Assembly: GCA_017849315.1 (NCBI GenBank)
Contig: JAFIHQ010000105.1
Span: 1-34,413, forward strand
Direction: 5' to 3'
Source: Treponema sp.
Lineage (GTDB): Bacteria; Spirochaetota; Spirochaetia; Treponematales; Rectinemataceae
DNA: 34,413 nucleotides
Both the position numbers and the translations under genes were made by a program. Shown in pieces: positions 17,301-25,567 of the stretch; position 1 is the stretch's first letter; the number at the start of each line of letters is the position of its first letter. The notes below the pieces were generated by a model. It was given only the letters and a program-made list of their open reading frames with translations, was not told the origin of the DNA and did no database searches.

Positions 17301-18344
17301 CTATGACTGCCTCCGCTTTATAAACATGTATCGAATCATATTGGGCGTAGCAATAAAGACGATAACCAGTCCCTGTATAAAGTTATTTATGTTGGCAGAA
17401 ACTCCAGCCATCATGCTCATCTGCATTGCTCCAGCCTGTAGACTTCCAAAAAGAAGCGACGCCAGAATGATACCTAGCGGCGTACTTTGCCCTATAAAGG
17501 CAATAGCGATACCGGTAAATCCGAGCCCAGAAGAAAAACCATCTATGAATCTGCCATATGTACCAAATACTTCGAAGATTCCTGCCATGCCAGCAATGGC
17601 CCCAGAAACCGCCATAGTCAGTACGGTAGTTTTTGTTATCTTGACACCGCCTGTCTCTGCTGCATGAAGATTATTTCCCATTGCGCGCACCTCGAATCCA
17701 AAGGTTGTTCGCTTGATTATGATTCCATAAACGAGCGCAATTATCATCGCGATGTATAAACTCGTAGTAAGCTGCGTATTAGGTATAATCTTGGGAAGTT
17801 GCATCTTCTGTGGTAACATTTCGGTTTGTGGTGTCATGCTTCCTTTTGCTATGAACGGACCATTTACAAAAAAAGAAGTAAGAAACTGTGCAATATAGTT
17901 CATCATGATGGCGACAATAACTTCGTTAATATTGAGCCGGGCTTTTATAAGGCCAATTCCGCCACCCCAAAGGGCACTCGCCGCGATACCGCAGATCATA
18001 GCAATTGGCAGGGCAAGCCACGATGACAAAAAGGGAGAAAGTGCGAGCCCGGTAATTGCGGCAACAAAACCACCGATATAGATTTGGCCTTCTCCTCCAA
18101 TATTGAATAACCCACCTTGTAAAGCAAAGCCAACAGCCAATCCGACAAAAATCAGTGGGACACTCTTGCTGAGCGTGAGAGAAAGAGCGTAGGAGGAACC
18201 AAAAGCACCGTCAATCAGGGCACGGTATGCTTCCAAAGGGTTGTAGCCCAGGATCAACATCACAATCCCGGCTATCAGAAACGAAAATACAATTGCAACC
18301 AACGAGAATCCGATGCTTGTTAAGTTCTTTCGTTGTTCGTTCAT
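17301..18344 (-). CDS. ABC transporter permease (nucleoside/simple-sugar CUT2 type, first permease)
   Basis: 347 aa, polytopic. Contains a GGLFNIGGEGQ motif typical of BMP-associated permeases. ATGA overlap with the ATPase gene. Confidence 0.85.
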   Translation of the reverse strand: MNEQRKNLTSIGFSLVAIVFSFLIAGIVMLILGYNPLEAYRALIDGAFGSSYALSLTLSKSVPLIFVGLAVGFALQGGLFNIGGEGQIYIGGFVAAITGLALSPFLSSWLALPIAMICGIAASALWGGGIGLIKARLNINEVIVAIMMNYIAQFLTSFFVNGPFIAKGSMTPQTEMLPQKMQLPKIIPNTQLTTSLYIAMIIALVYGIIIKRTTFGFEVRAMGNNLHAAETGGVKITKTTVLTMAVSGAIAGMAGIFEVFGTYGRFIDGFSSGLGFTGIAIAFIGQSTPLGIILASLLFGSLQAGAMQMSMMAGVSANINNFIQGLVIVFIATPNMIRYMFIKRRQS

Positions 18345-19837
18345 GATGCCTTTTGCCCCGCCATGAACAGACCTAATTCACGAATCGTGAATTTGTCAGC
18401 GTCTCGTTCTGCTATCACATTTCCTTTGTAAAGGACACCAATCCTGTCGCTCATTTCCATAATTTCCGACAGCTCGGTGGAAATAAGCAGAATTGCCTTG
18501 CCACTATCTCTAAGCTCTAGAAGCTGCCTATGTATGGCGTCTATGGCCCCAATATCCAGCCCCCGGACTGGTTGAGCGGCAATAAGCAATAGCGGTTCAA
18601 GGCCGGCTTCTCTACTAAATACAATCTTTTGCTGATTTCCGCCCGAAAGCTGAGAAATTGGCTGTGTTAAACTGGAGACCTTAATTGAATATGCCTCTAT
18701 CATTTTAGCAGCATGATTTCTTAGGGCATTAAGTCCTAAAAAGCCATATTTTGCGAACTTTTGGTGATGCTGAAAGCCCAACAAGTAATTGTCGACAATT
18801 GACATGTCTGGAAGAATTGCATTTCTTAGCCTGTCGGAGGGAATAGCAGCAATACCTCGCATTTTCCGTTCGGACACAGAGAGATTGGTGATCTCCTTAC
18901 CGTCGAAAAAGATACTACCAGAGATCGGTCTGGAGGTACCAATTATGCAACTTTCCAGTTCCTGTTGCCCGTTGCCGTCTACACCAGCAATTCCGTAAAT
19001 CTCTCCTTTGTGTAGCTTCAGCGAAATACCTTGTGGATCGGCAACAGGTAAAACCCGTAAGTTTTTGAGATCCAGGACAGTTTCACCAGGTCTGCATGGC
19101 GTCTTTTTAATATCGAAAGAAACTTCGTGCCCCACCATCATAGTAGCAAGCAATTGAGATGTTGCGTCTTTGGTCCGTAGTGTCTGAACAACTTTACCAT
19201 TACGGAGGACAGTGACCGAATTGGAAAGTTCCATTGTTTCGTACAGTTTATGTGTAATAAAAATAATTGTCTTCTGTTGCGCGCGCATATCGTCCAAGAT
19301 ATGGAAGAGCACCTCTACTTCCTGGGGCGTCAATACTGCTGTCGGTTCATCAAGTACTATTATGTCGGCACCACGGTAGATAGCTTTAAAAATCTCCACC
19401 CTTTGTTTTTCGCCAACGCTAAGGGCCGAAATGGGTTTATCCAGATCAAAATTGAAATGATATGTGCGTTCCATGTCGAGTACCTTATCTCGGCTCCGTG
19501 CATAATCAATGGAGAACTTACCTTCTTCATTTCCCAGAATAATATTCTGCAAAACCGTCATTGATTCAATGAGCATGAAATGTTGATGTACCATGCCTAT
19601 ATGGTGTTGCTGTGCAACCTTAGGGCTTGAGATGTTTACTTGCTTTCCCTTGATATAGGTTTCCCCCGAATCTGCATGATAGAGGCCATAAAGAATATTC
19701 ATCAGGGTTGTTTTCCCGGCGCCATTTTCGCCAAGAAGGCAATGGATTTCTCCTTTTTCGACTTCAAGGTTTACCTCGTCGAGCACCTTGTGTCTGTCAA
19801 ACGACTTGCAGATTCTGTGCATGGATATTTCAGACAT
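18341..19837 (-). CDS. ABC transporter ATP-binding protein with two fused ABC domains
   Basis: Walker A GENGAGKTT, signature LSVGEKQRV, Walker B IIVLDEPT. The second domain has a degenerate P-loop (GVDGNGQQEL) and LSGGNQQK, as in CUT2-family importers. Confidence 0.9.
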   Translation of the reverse strand: MSEISMHRICKSFDRHKVLDEVNLEVEKGEIHCLLGENGAGKTTLMNILYGLYHADSGETYIKGKQVNISSPKVAQQHHIGMVHQHFMLIESMTVLQNIILGNEEGKFSIDYARSRDKVLDMERTYHFNFDLDKPISALSVGEKQRVEIFKAIYRGADIIVLDEPTAVLTPQEVEVLFHILDDMRAQQKTIIFITHKLYETMELSNSVTVLRNGKVVQTLRTKDATSQLLATMMVGHEVSFDIKKTPCRPGETVLDLKNLRVLPVADPQGISLKLHKGEIYGIAGVDGNGQQELESCIIGTSRPISGSIFFDGKEITNLSVSERKMRGIAAIPSDRLRNAILPDMSIVDNYLLGFQHHQKFAKYGFLGLNALRNHAAKMIEAYSIKVSSLTQPISQLSGGNQQKIVFSREAGLEPLLLIAAQPVRGLDIGAIDAIHRQLLELRDSGKAILLISTELSEIMEMSDRIGVLYKGNVIAERDADKFTIRELGLFMAGQKAS

Positions 19838-19847
19838 TTGCTTTCCT

Positions 19848-19883
19848 TACAAAAAGAAGGGCTGCGGAACAAGTATTCCGCAG
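19848..19883 (-). terminator. Intra-operon hairpin/attenuator between the binding-protein and ATPase genes
   Basis: On the minus strand: CTGCGGAA-tacttg-TTCCGCAG (8-bp stem, 19883-19862) followed by CCCTTCTTTTT. The position after the SBP gene fits the partial terminators commonly seen in ABC operons. Confidence 0.5.
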
Positions 19884-19949
19884 TTCCTCCGTATTATTTG
19901 TGTCGCATGTATGTGCTAAAGTTTCCAAAAAGCCAACTTGTTGTTTATG

Positions 19950-20990
19950 TTATTTATAAGTATTTGCCTTAAGGAAAGCTTCAACTTTCGAATGCTCATC
20001 TGGAACGACAATCTTTCCATCAATGATCTGTTGTTTAATGTCGTTTACTGCCTTGAGAATCTTAGGATCGACAGTAACCTTGCTACCTTCAACAGTGTAA
20101 TCTATGCCGCCATCGACAAGACCAAGGACGACGGTTTTCCCAACTTGCAGATTGCCCTGTTTTGCTGCTGCTGCGATCTTATACGCCGCCGTGTCAACTC
20201 TTTTAAGCATACTGGCAATAATGTGATTGGGATCTATCGAGTTTTGATTGGAATTTACACCGATAGCGTAAAAATTCTTCTCCTTGGCTGCCTGGAACAC
20301 CCCAAGGCCAGATCCACCTGCGGCGTGGTATATGATATCCGCCCCCTGGGAATACTGTTTCAGTGCAATTTCTTTTGCTGTCGTTATATCACTAAAAGGC
20401 GCATTCCCACCAATATAATTGGCAATAACCTTAACCGAAGGGTTCACATAGCGCGCTCCCGCTTCGTAACCGGCATAGAATTTATCAAGTAAAGGAATAT
20501 CAAGTGCAGCGACAAACCCAAGTGCGTTTGATTTGGTTAGAGTAGTTTTCTTCATGAGCCCTGCCAATGCTCCAACCAAGAATGACCCCTCTTCTTCCTT
20601 TGAAACGTAGCTTACAACGTTTGGAAGTTGCAGACTTTCATCTATCAGGGCGAATTTCTGATTCGGAAACTGTGGCGCAACTTTACTCAATGGATCAACT
20701 TGGTCGTATCCGACAGAAATAATGACACTGTAGGTTTTCATGGATGCCATTTTGCGCAAGTAAGTTTCAAAATCCGAAATAGATTGTGGCTCCACGTAGT
20801 CAAATTGAATTCCCAGCTCTTTTTGCGCTTTTTGCAACCCGGCGTAAACAAGATCATTGAACGAGAGATCTCCTAGCCCTCCAACTCCCAAGATGCAGCC
20901 TACTCGCGTCGAGGAGGACGACTGGGCAAAAACGATACCTCCTAAGAGCAAGAGAGAGAGGAGTACTACAAAACCTTTTCTTACCTTCAT
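19950..20990 (-). CDS. BMP-family (basic membrane protein / PnrA-Med-like) ABC substrate-binding protein, probable nucleoside binder
   Basis: Signal peptide MKVRKGFVVLLSLLLLGGIVFA, then GGLGDLSFND..Y.G......G....Y.E, typical of the Bmp family. Start set to ATG 20990 (AAGGAG SD 9 nt upstream) rather than 21023. Confidence 0.85.
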   Translation of the reverse strand: MKVRKGFVVLLSLLLLGGIVFAQSSSSTRVGCILGVGGLGDLSFNDLVYAGLQKAQKELGIQFDYVEPQSISDFETYLRKMASMKTYSVIISVGYDQVDPLSKVAPQFPNQKFALIDESLQLPNVVSYVSKEEEGSFLVGALAGLMKKTTLTKSNALGFVAALDIPLLDKFYAGYEAGARYVNPSVKVIANYIGGNAPFSDITTAKEIALKQYSQGADIIYHAAGGSGLGVFQAAKEKNFYAIGVNSNQNSIDPNHIIASMLKRVDTAAYKIAAAAKQGNLQVGKTVVLGLVDGGIDYTVEGSKVTVDPKILKAVNDIKQQIIDGKIVVPDEHSKVEAFLKANTYK

Positions 20991-21028
20991 AGCAGCTAGC
21001 TCCTTTAACTTGTAATACCTCATGAATA

Positions 21029-21079
21029 CTTGTTATACAAGCTGGAGGGAAGTATAGGATTAGTTTCCCAATCCGTCAA
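21029..21079 (-). promoter_or_regulatory. Putative promoter plus GntR-type operator of the nucleoside operon
   Basis: On the minus strand: TTGACG (21079-21074), 17-nt spacer, TATACT (21056-21051). Nine nt downstream of the -10 is the inverted repeat CTTGT-ATA-ACAAG (21041-21029), which fits the generic GntR-family GT-Nx-AC operator pattern. Confidence 0.5.
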
Positions 21080-21354
21080 GAAAAATCGACAGAATGTCAA
21101 ACACGGGGTGAGCAGTAAGTAAAATGTCCACGTATGAGGTCTAGCAAGGAGGTAAGAAAAAGTACCACCAGACTCTGCCACGATGAGGTTTACTAAAGAC
21201 TCAAGAAGCTAGGAAAATGTTACGATTGGATTACCAGGCAGGAATACCTTGAAACCCTATAGGTTCATGAGGTGTTTTTTGGATAGAAACACAAGATGGA
21301 ACACGAACGGACTAATTCCCGTCACTTCTGACCTTGGTTTTTAGGAGGTTTTGC

Positions 21355-22284
21355 ATGAGCAACGCTACGTTTACTTTCAAAGATCCAGACGGCTTTGAGA
21401 TTTTTGTGTACAAGTGGTTCCCGGAAAACGAAAAGCCAAAGGCTGTGGTGCAAGTGGTGCACGGCATGGCAGAACACGCCCTGCGGTACGAGCGGTTTGC
21501 GAAGTTCCTCAATCAGGCGGGCTACGCTGTCTACGCTGATGACCACCGCGGTCACGGGAAGACGGCCAAGGAGCTCTCCAAGGCCGGAATTGGAGGAGTG
21601 GATAGCTGGAACGGAATGGTAAACGATGAACATCAGCTGACGCAGATTATCAAACAGGAAAACCCTGGACTGCCGGTCTTCCTCTTCGGACACAGCATGG
21701 GATCATTTATCTCTCAACGCTATATCGAGTTATGGGGATCAGAATTGAGCGGTGTCGTGCTCTCCGGTACGACAGGTCTCGCGGTGATTCCAAAAGAAGC
21801 AGAACCCATGTTTGCGCAAGCTGCTCAAGGTGCATCGAGGGACACGTATCCAGAAGGGCCAGGCCTTTTCGATAGCATGAATGCGGCGTTCGCGCCTGTA
21901 AAAACGCCTTTCGACTGGCTATCGCGGGACGAAGAAGAGGTCAAGAAGTATATTGATGATCCGTGGTGTGGCTTCGCATTCTCCAACGGCATGTTGTACG
22001 ACATGGCGCGGGGCATGTGGGAGTTCCTCGATCCCAACAACCAGGAATCTATACCCAAAAATCTGCCCGTGCTGATTATTGCAGGCGAGAAAGATCCTGT
22101 CGGGGCTAACAACGGCGTCAAGGTGCTATTTGACCGCTACAAAGAGCTCGGCATTAAGGATGTAAAACTCATCGTTTATCCGGGTGCAAGGCACGAAGTC
22201 CTGAACGAGATCAACCGCGACGAGGTGCAACGCGACGTTCAAAACTGGCTGGATGACCAGTTTAAACGAGTAAGTGCTTACTAG
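21355..22284 (+). CDS. Alpha/beta hydrolase (lysophospholipase / monoacylglycerol lipase-like)
   Basis: HGMAEH, nucleophile elbow GHSMGS, and C-terminal ..GARHE.LNE. Start set to ATG 21355 (AGGAGG SD) rather than 21334. Confidence 0.85.
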   Translation: MSNATFTFKDPDGFEIFVYKWFPENEKPKAVVQVVHGMAEHALRYERFAKFLNQAGYAVYADDHRGHGKTAKELSKAGIGGVDSWNGMVNDEHQLTQIIKQENPGLPVFLFGHSMGSFISQRYIELWGSELSGVVLSGTTGLAVIPKEAEPMFAQAAQGASRDTYPEGPGLFDSMNAAFAPVKTPFDWLSRDEEEVKKYIDDPWCGFAFSNGMLYDMARGMWEFLDPNNQESIPKNLPVLIIAGEKDPVGANNGVKVLFDRYKELGIKDVKLIVYPGARHEVLNEINRDEVQRDVQNWLDDQFKRVSAY

Positions 22285-22313
22285 ATAAGTAAAGCGCATA
22301 GGATGTTGGCAGG

Positions 22314-23105
22314 CTAAATCAGAAGGTCACGATCCTCGGTGTAGTCTTCGCCCCGCGCGGTTTTAAAGAGCTGCACAAGGCCTGCCACGTCCATATTCTT
22401 TTTTTCATCGCCACTCAAGTCGGCGATTATCTGACCCTCGTGCATCATCACCACGCGGCTCGCCTCGCGAAGCGCGCGCTTCATGTCGTGCGTGACGATG
22501 AGGGCGGTGAGCTGGTATTCCTCGATAAAACGGCGTGTCAGCGCATCGATCATCTCCGCATTGGCGGGATCCAAGGCTGCCGTATGCTCATCAAGCAGGA
22601 GCACGGTGGGCTGCGACAGAACCGCCATGAACAGGGTGAGGGCCTGCCTCTGGCCGCCAGAGAGCCTGGAAACGTTCTCGTGCAGGCGGCTTTCCAGCCC
22701 CATGCCGAGGTTGCCGAGCTTTTCTTCCATCTCGCGCACGAATCGCGCAGGCGTCGCAATCCGGAATCGGCGCGGCCCTTTGCGGGACGCAAGGGCGAGG
22801 TTGTCAAGCACCGTCATCTCGCCTGCGGTGCCCGCCATGGGATCTTGCCGCACCCGGCCGACATACATCGCCCGTTCCCACTCGGGCCAGGACGTCATTT
22901 CCTTTCCATCGAGGTAGATGCGCCCCGCCCGCAGTGGCACCGTACCGGCAATGGCATTGAGGAGCGTACTCTTGCCGGCGCCATTCGAGCCGATAATGGA
23001 CACCGTTTGGCCTTGCTGGACTGCAAGCGAAAGATTATCGAGCACACGGTGTTCCTGTCCGCCTCCGAGATCGAAGCTCACAACGATATTCTCAACCCGT
23101 ATCAT
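22314..23105 (-). CDS. ABC transporter ATP-binding protein (COG1101-type uptake system)
   Basis: MIRVENIVVSF..., Walker A GSNGAGKST, signature LSGGQRQAL, Walker B LLLDEHTAALD. The true start at ATG 23105 overlaps the permease stop (ATGA). The ORF-track extension to 23588 runs in another frame across the permease gene. Confidence 0.9.
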   Translation of the reverse strand: MIRVENIVVSFDLGGGQEHRVLDNLSLAVQQGQTVSIIGSNGAGKSTLLNAIAGTVPLRAGRIYLDGKEMTSWPEWERAMYVGRVRQDPMAGTAGEMTVLDNLALASRKGPRRFRIATPARFVREMEEKLGNLGMGLESRLHENVSRLSGGQRQALTLFMAVLSQPTVLLLDEHTAALDPANAEMIDALTRRFIEEYQLTALIVTHDMKRALREASRVVMMHEGQIIADLSGDEKKNMDVAGLVQLFKTARGEDYTEDRDLLI

Positions 23106-24010
23106 CGGCGTTTCCTTCCAAGGCGTGAAAGGCTCACGGAAATAATGATGAGAAGCGAAGTAAGGAGCCTGAGATCGTTCGGTGTGATACCTGCCACATA
23201 GCCCCAGGAGCGGGCGGCGTACATAAGCGCGCGGAAAAGAATCGAGCCTAAAAACACGCGTGCCAGTTGGAGGCTTATGAATTGCGAATGAATGATGAGC
23301 TCGCCGAGCATGACCGTAGCGAGCCCTGCTGCAACGACGCCCTGGCCGAGATTGACATCGGCAAAGCCCTGATAGGCCGCGGCCATGGCTCCGGAAAGCC
23401 CGGGCAACGCATTGGCAAGGACAAGGCCAAGCGTGCGCAGGCGGTTGGGCTGAATGCCCGCCTGAATTACCGCGTTTTCGTTGTCGCCGAGCGCGCCCAT
23501 CGCGATGCCAATTTCGGTGTGAAAAAAAAGATCGAGCAAGCCAAAGACCACAAGGCAGACCAATGCGCACGCGGCAAAAAGCGACCACTCCTGCGGCACA
23601 AGCCCCCCAAAAAGGGAGTGAGCCAGATTGAGCATTGGGTTATTCGCAATGAGGGGAAGGTTCGGCTTTCCGCCCAAAATCCGCAAATTGATGGAATAAA
23701 AGCCTGTCATGGTGACGATGCCAGCAAGAAGCGGCGGGGTTTTGAGCCTGTGGTATACCTCGGCAGTCACAAGGCCCGCGACGCCGCCTGCCAGAAAGCC
23801 TGCCAACAAGCCCGCAGGTACTGCAAGCGCTTTGACGAGAGGGCTTGGCGACAGGTTTAAGGTAGAAGCGACCACTGCGCCGGCGGCTGCCCCAGCAGGG
23901 AAGGACCCTTCCACCGTGAGGTCGGCAAAATCGAGTATTCTAAAACTGATAAACACGCCGAGAGCCAGAACACTGTAGATGAGCCCCTCGACGAGAATAC
24001 CTTCTACCAT
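23102..24010 (-). CDS. ABC transporter permease (COG4120-type)
   Basis: 302 aa, hydrophobic and polytopic. Sits between a PF04392-like binding protein and a COG1101-like ATPase. Confidence 0.85.
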   Translation of the reverse strand: MVEGILVEGLIYSVLALGVFISFRILDFADLTVEGSFPAGAAAGAVVASTLNLSPSPLVKALAVPAGLLAGFLAGGVAGLVTAEVYHRLKTPPLLAGIVTMTGFYSINLRILGGKPNLPLIANNPMLNLAHSLFGGLVPQEWSLFAACALVCLVVFGLLDLFFHTEIGIAMGALGDNENAVIQAGIQPNRLRTLGLVLANALPGLSGAMAAAYQGFADVNLGQGVVAAGLATVMLGELIIHSQFISLQLARVFLGSILFRALMYAARSWGYVAGITPNDLRLLTSLLIIISVSLSRLGRKRR

Positions 24011-24016
24011 CGTTTG

Positions 24017-24068
24017 CTTCCGCTACTTTAGATTCCGCTACTTCCGCGACTTCTACTTCCGCTACTTT
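24017..24068. repeat. Short direct repeats (TTCCGCTACTT x3 plus a degenerate copy) in the SBP-permease spacer
   Basis: Copies at 24018-24028, 24033-24043 and 24057-24067, with a degenerate CTTCCGCGACTT at 24041-24052. The third copy overlaps the SBP stop codon (24062-24064). Confidence 0.85.
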
Positions 24069-25048
24069 CGCGTGAGCTGACCGTCCGAGATTACGACTTT
24101 GGCCTTGTCGATCACAGACTGATCCACCGTAAGACCGAGCTGCTTGGCTGTATCGAGATTGAGCACAAACGACATATCCTGGCTTTCTTTGGGCAAGAAG
24201 GCAGGAATGTTCTCTGTTTTTTCTCCATTGAGCACGCGCACGATGATCTTGCCGGTGGCCACACCCATTCGATAATAGTCGTAACCGAGCGCCGCAAGCA
24301 CAGGGATTGTCTCAGCAGAAGAAGGATCCGCAGTAACGACGGGGATTTTTTTCTCCAGGGCGACATCGGCTATGCCGCTCAACGCTGAAAAAACCGTATT
24401 GTCGTTGCCAAGATAGAGTGCGTCGATTCTATCCGCAATGGAAAGCAAGGCCTGGCGCGCTTCCGAAGAATTCGTAACGGTCGTCTCTACATATTCAAGG
24501 CCATTTTCCTGGCAATAAGCTTTGACAATCGATGCAATGACGACAGAATTGGCTTCGCCGGAAGCATAGATATTGCCTATGCGCTTAACGCTCGGCTTTA
24601 AGGACCGCAACAAATCGAGTTGCTCGCGCACGGGCGTCATGTCCGAAGTGCCGGTGATGTTGGCGCCTCCCTTGTCCATGCTCGCAACAAGGCCTGCGGC
24701 AACAGGATCGGTAACGGCCGCATAGATTACGGGCCTGTCTTTGATCTGATTGGCAAGCGCCTGGGCAGTGGGCGTCGCGATGCCGACCGCCAGCGCAACC
24801 TTTTCCTGTTTAAAATGCTGGGCGATCTGCGCGGCGGTATTCATGTCTGCATTGGCATTTTGGAGATCGATTTTGTAGTCCGGTTTGGAGTCCGCAAGCT
24901 CGTCCTCGATGCCTTTTTCAATTGCATCGAGCGCAGGATGGGAAACGAATTTAGCAATACCGATCAGTTTCGCGCTCTTGGGTGCGCACGATGTGAATAA
25001 TGCACCGACACATAGTATGAGAGTAAGTGCATGAAGTGTTCGCCGCAT
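24062..25048 (-). CDS. ABC transporter substrate-binding lipoprotein (ABC_sub_bind / COG2984 family)
   Basis: Signal peptide with a lipobox-like LFTSC. The body (IGIAKFVSHPALDAIEKGI...VGIATP.AQA...IYAAVTDP..AGLV...NITG.SD) is typical of PF04392-type binding proteins. Confidence 0.85.
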   Translation of the reverse strand: MRRTLHALTLILCVGALFTSCAPKSAKLIGIAKFVSHPALDAIEKGIEDELADSKPDYKIDLQNANADMNTAAQIAQHFKQEKVALAVGIATPTAQALANQIKDRPVIYAAVTDPVAAGLVASMDKGGANITGTSDMTPVREQLDLLRSLKPSVKRIGNIYASGEANSVVIASIVKAYCQENGLEYVETTVTNSSEARQALLSIADRIDALYLGNDNTVFSALSGIADVALEKKIPVVTADPSSAETIPVLAALGYDYYRMGVATGKIIVRVLNGEKTENIPAFLPKESQDMSFVLNLDTAKQLGLTVDQSVIDKAKVVISDGQLTRK

Positions 25049-25095
25049 AGAACCTCCCTGTTAGCTTATTCTTATTCGTTGTAACGTTGTCCGCC

Positions 25096-25124
25096 ATCGT
25101 AGCGAGGACAACTGATTTGGTCAA
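25096..25124 (-). promoter_or_regulatory. Putative sigma70-type promoter of the COG2984 ABC operon
   Basis: On the minus strand: TTGACC (25124-25119), 17-nt spacer, TACGAT (25101-25096), about 50 nt upstream of the SBP ATG (25048). Confidence 0.45.
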
Positions 25125-25218
25125 GAATCGATTTTCATTCAAAAAACCTGCAAAGTTATAGGTTCGAGAGACCCTACCCCCTTGTACTCGCCCCAAGGCT
25201 TGTGCTAGCCTCAGTCCA

Positions 25219-25364
25219 CCGATGGAGGAGCGATCCCCAAGAGTACGGACCGGAGGCTTCGAGAGCCAAAGAGGGTGCCGGAAAGGGGAGGATCGCCGAA
25301 GGAGCAAGGCTTTCTCGAGGGCTTGTTCTTGGACGTCCGGGCTAATACCCGACGGCTGTCGCGG
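25219..25364 (+). promoter_or_regulatory. Lysine riboswitch (L-box) aptamer in the leader of asd-lysC-dapBAD
   Basis: CCGATGGAGGAGCGATCCCCAAGAGTACGG...GCCGGAAAGGGGAGGATCGCCGAAGGAGCAAGGC...GCTTGTTCTTGGACGTCCGGGCTAATACCCGACGGCTGTCGCGG aligns block for block with the B. subtilis lysC and T. maritima L-box cores as I recall them (GAGGxGCG..CAAGAGTA; GAAAGGGGAG..CGCCGAAG; TGG...; CTGTCxxGG), with compensating P2-P5 helices. It lies upstream of lysine-biosynthesis genes. Confidence 0.85.
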
Positions 25365-25567
25365 AAAATACATAGTTCCGCGGAGCGCCTGACGTATGCT
25401 TTTTACTGATAAGTGCATAGGTTGTATGTGGACTTGACTTGGATAGATGCTGGCCACGCCAGAATGTCAGAAACTGACACATCCAGTCCAAAATGACAAC
25501 ACAAGCACAGGAACAGTAAAGAGCTATCGTGGACCTCCTGAAGTACTGGCTTTAAGGAGAGGCCACG

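Noticed and set aside
19938-20492. 184-aa plus-strand ORF antisense to the BMP binding-protein gene
   Set aside because: It is opposite a gene with clear family signatures and a signal peptide. No SD or motifs.
21130-21200. 20-codon ORF (MRSSKEVRKSTTRLCHDEVY) and an AAGGAGG in the BMP-hydrolase intergenic region; also the repeated CACG(T)ATGAGGT
   Set aside because: The AAGGAGG lies inside the ORF rather than upstream of a start codon. The peptide is featureless, and there is not enough evidence for a small gene or sRNA.
23106-23588. N-terminal extension of about 160 aa on the 424-aa ORF 22314..23588 (Arg/Cys/His-rich)
   Set aside because: It lies in an alternative frame over the well-supported permease gene (23102-24010) and has non-protein-like composition. 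The ABC ATPase clearly starts at MIRVENIVVSF (ATG 23105), with an ATGA overlap to the permease stop.
24951-25457. 168-aa minus-strand ORF covering the asd leader region
   Set aside because: The region is better explained by the plus-strand lysine riboswitch and two promoters. The ORF overlaps the SBP gene start, and its translation has no recognisable features.
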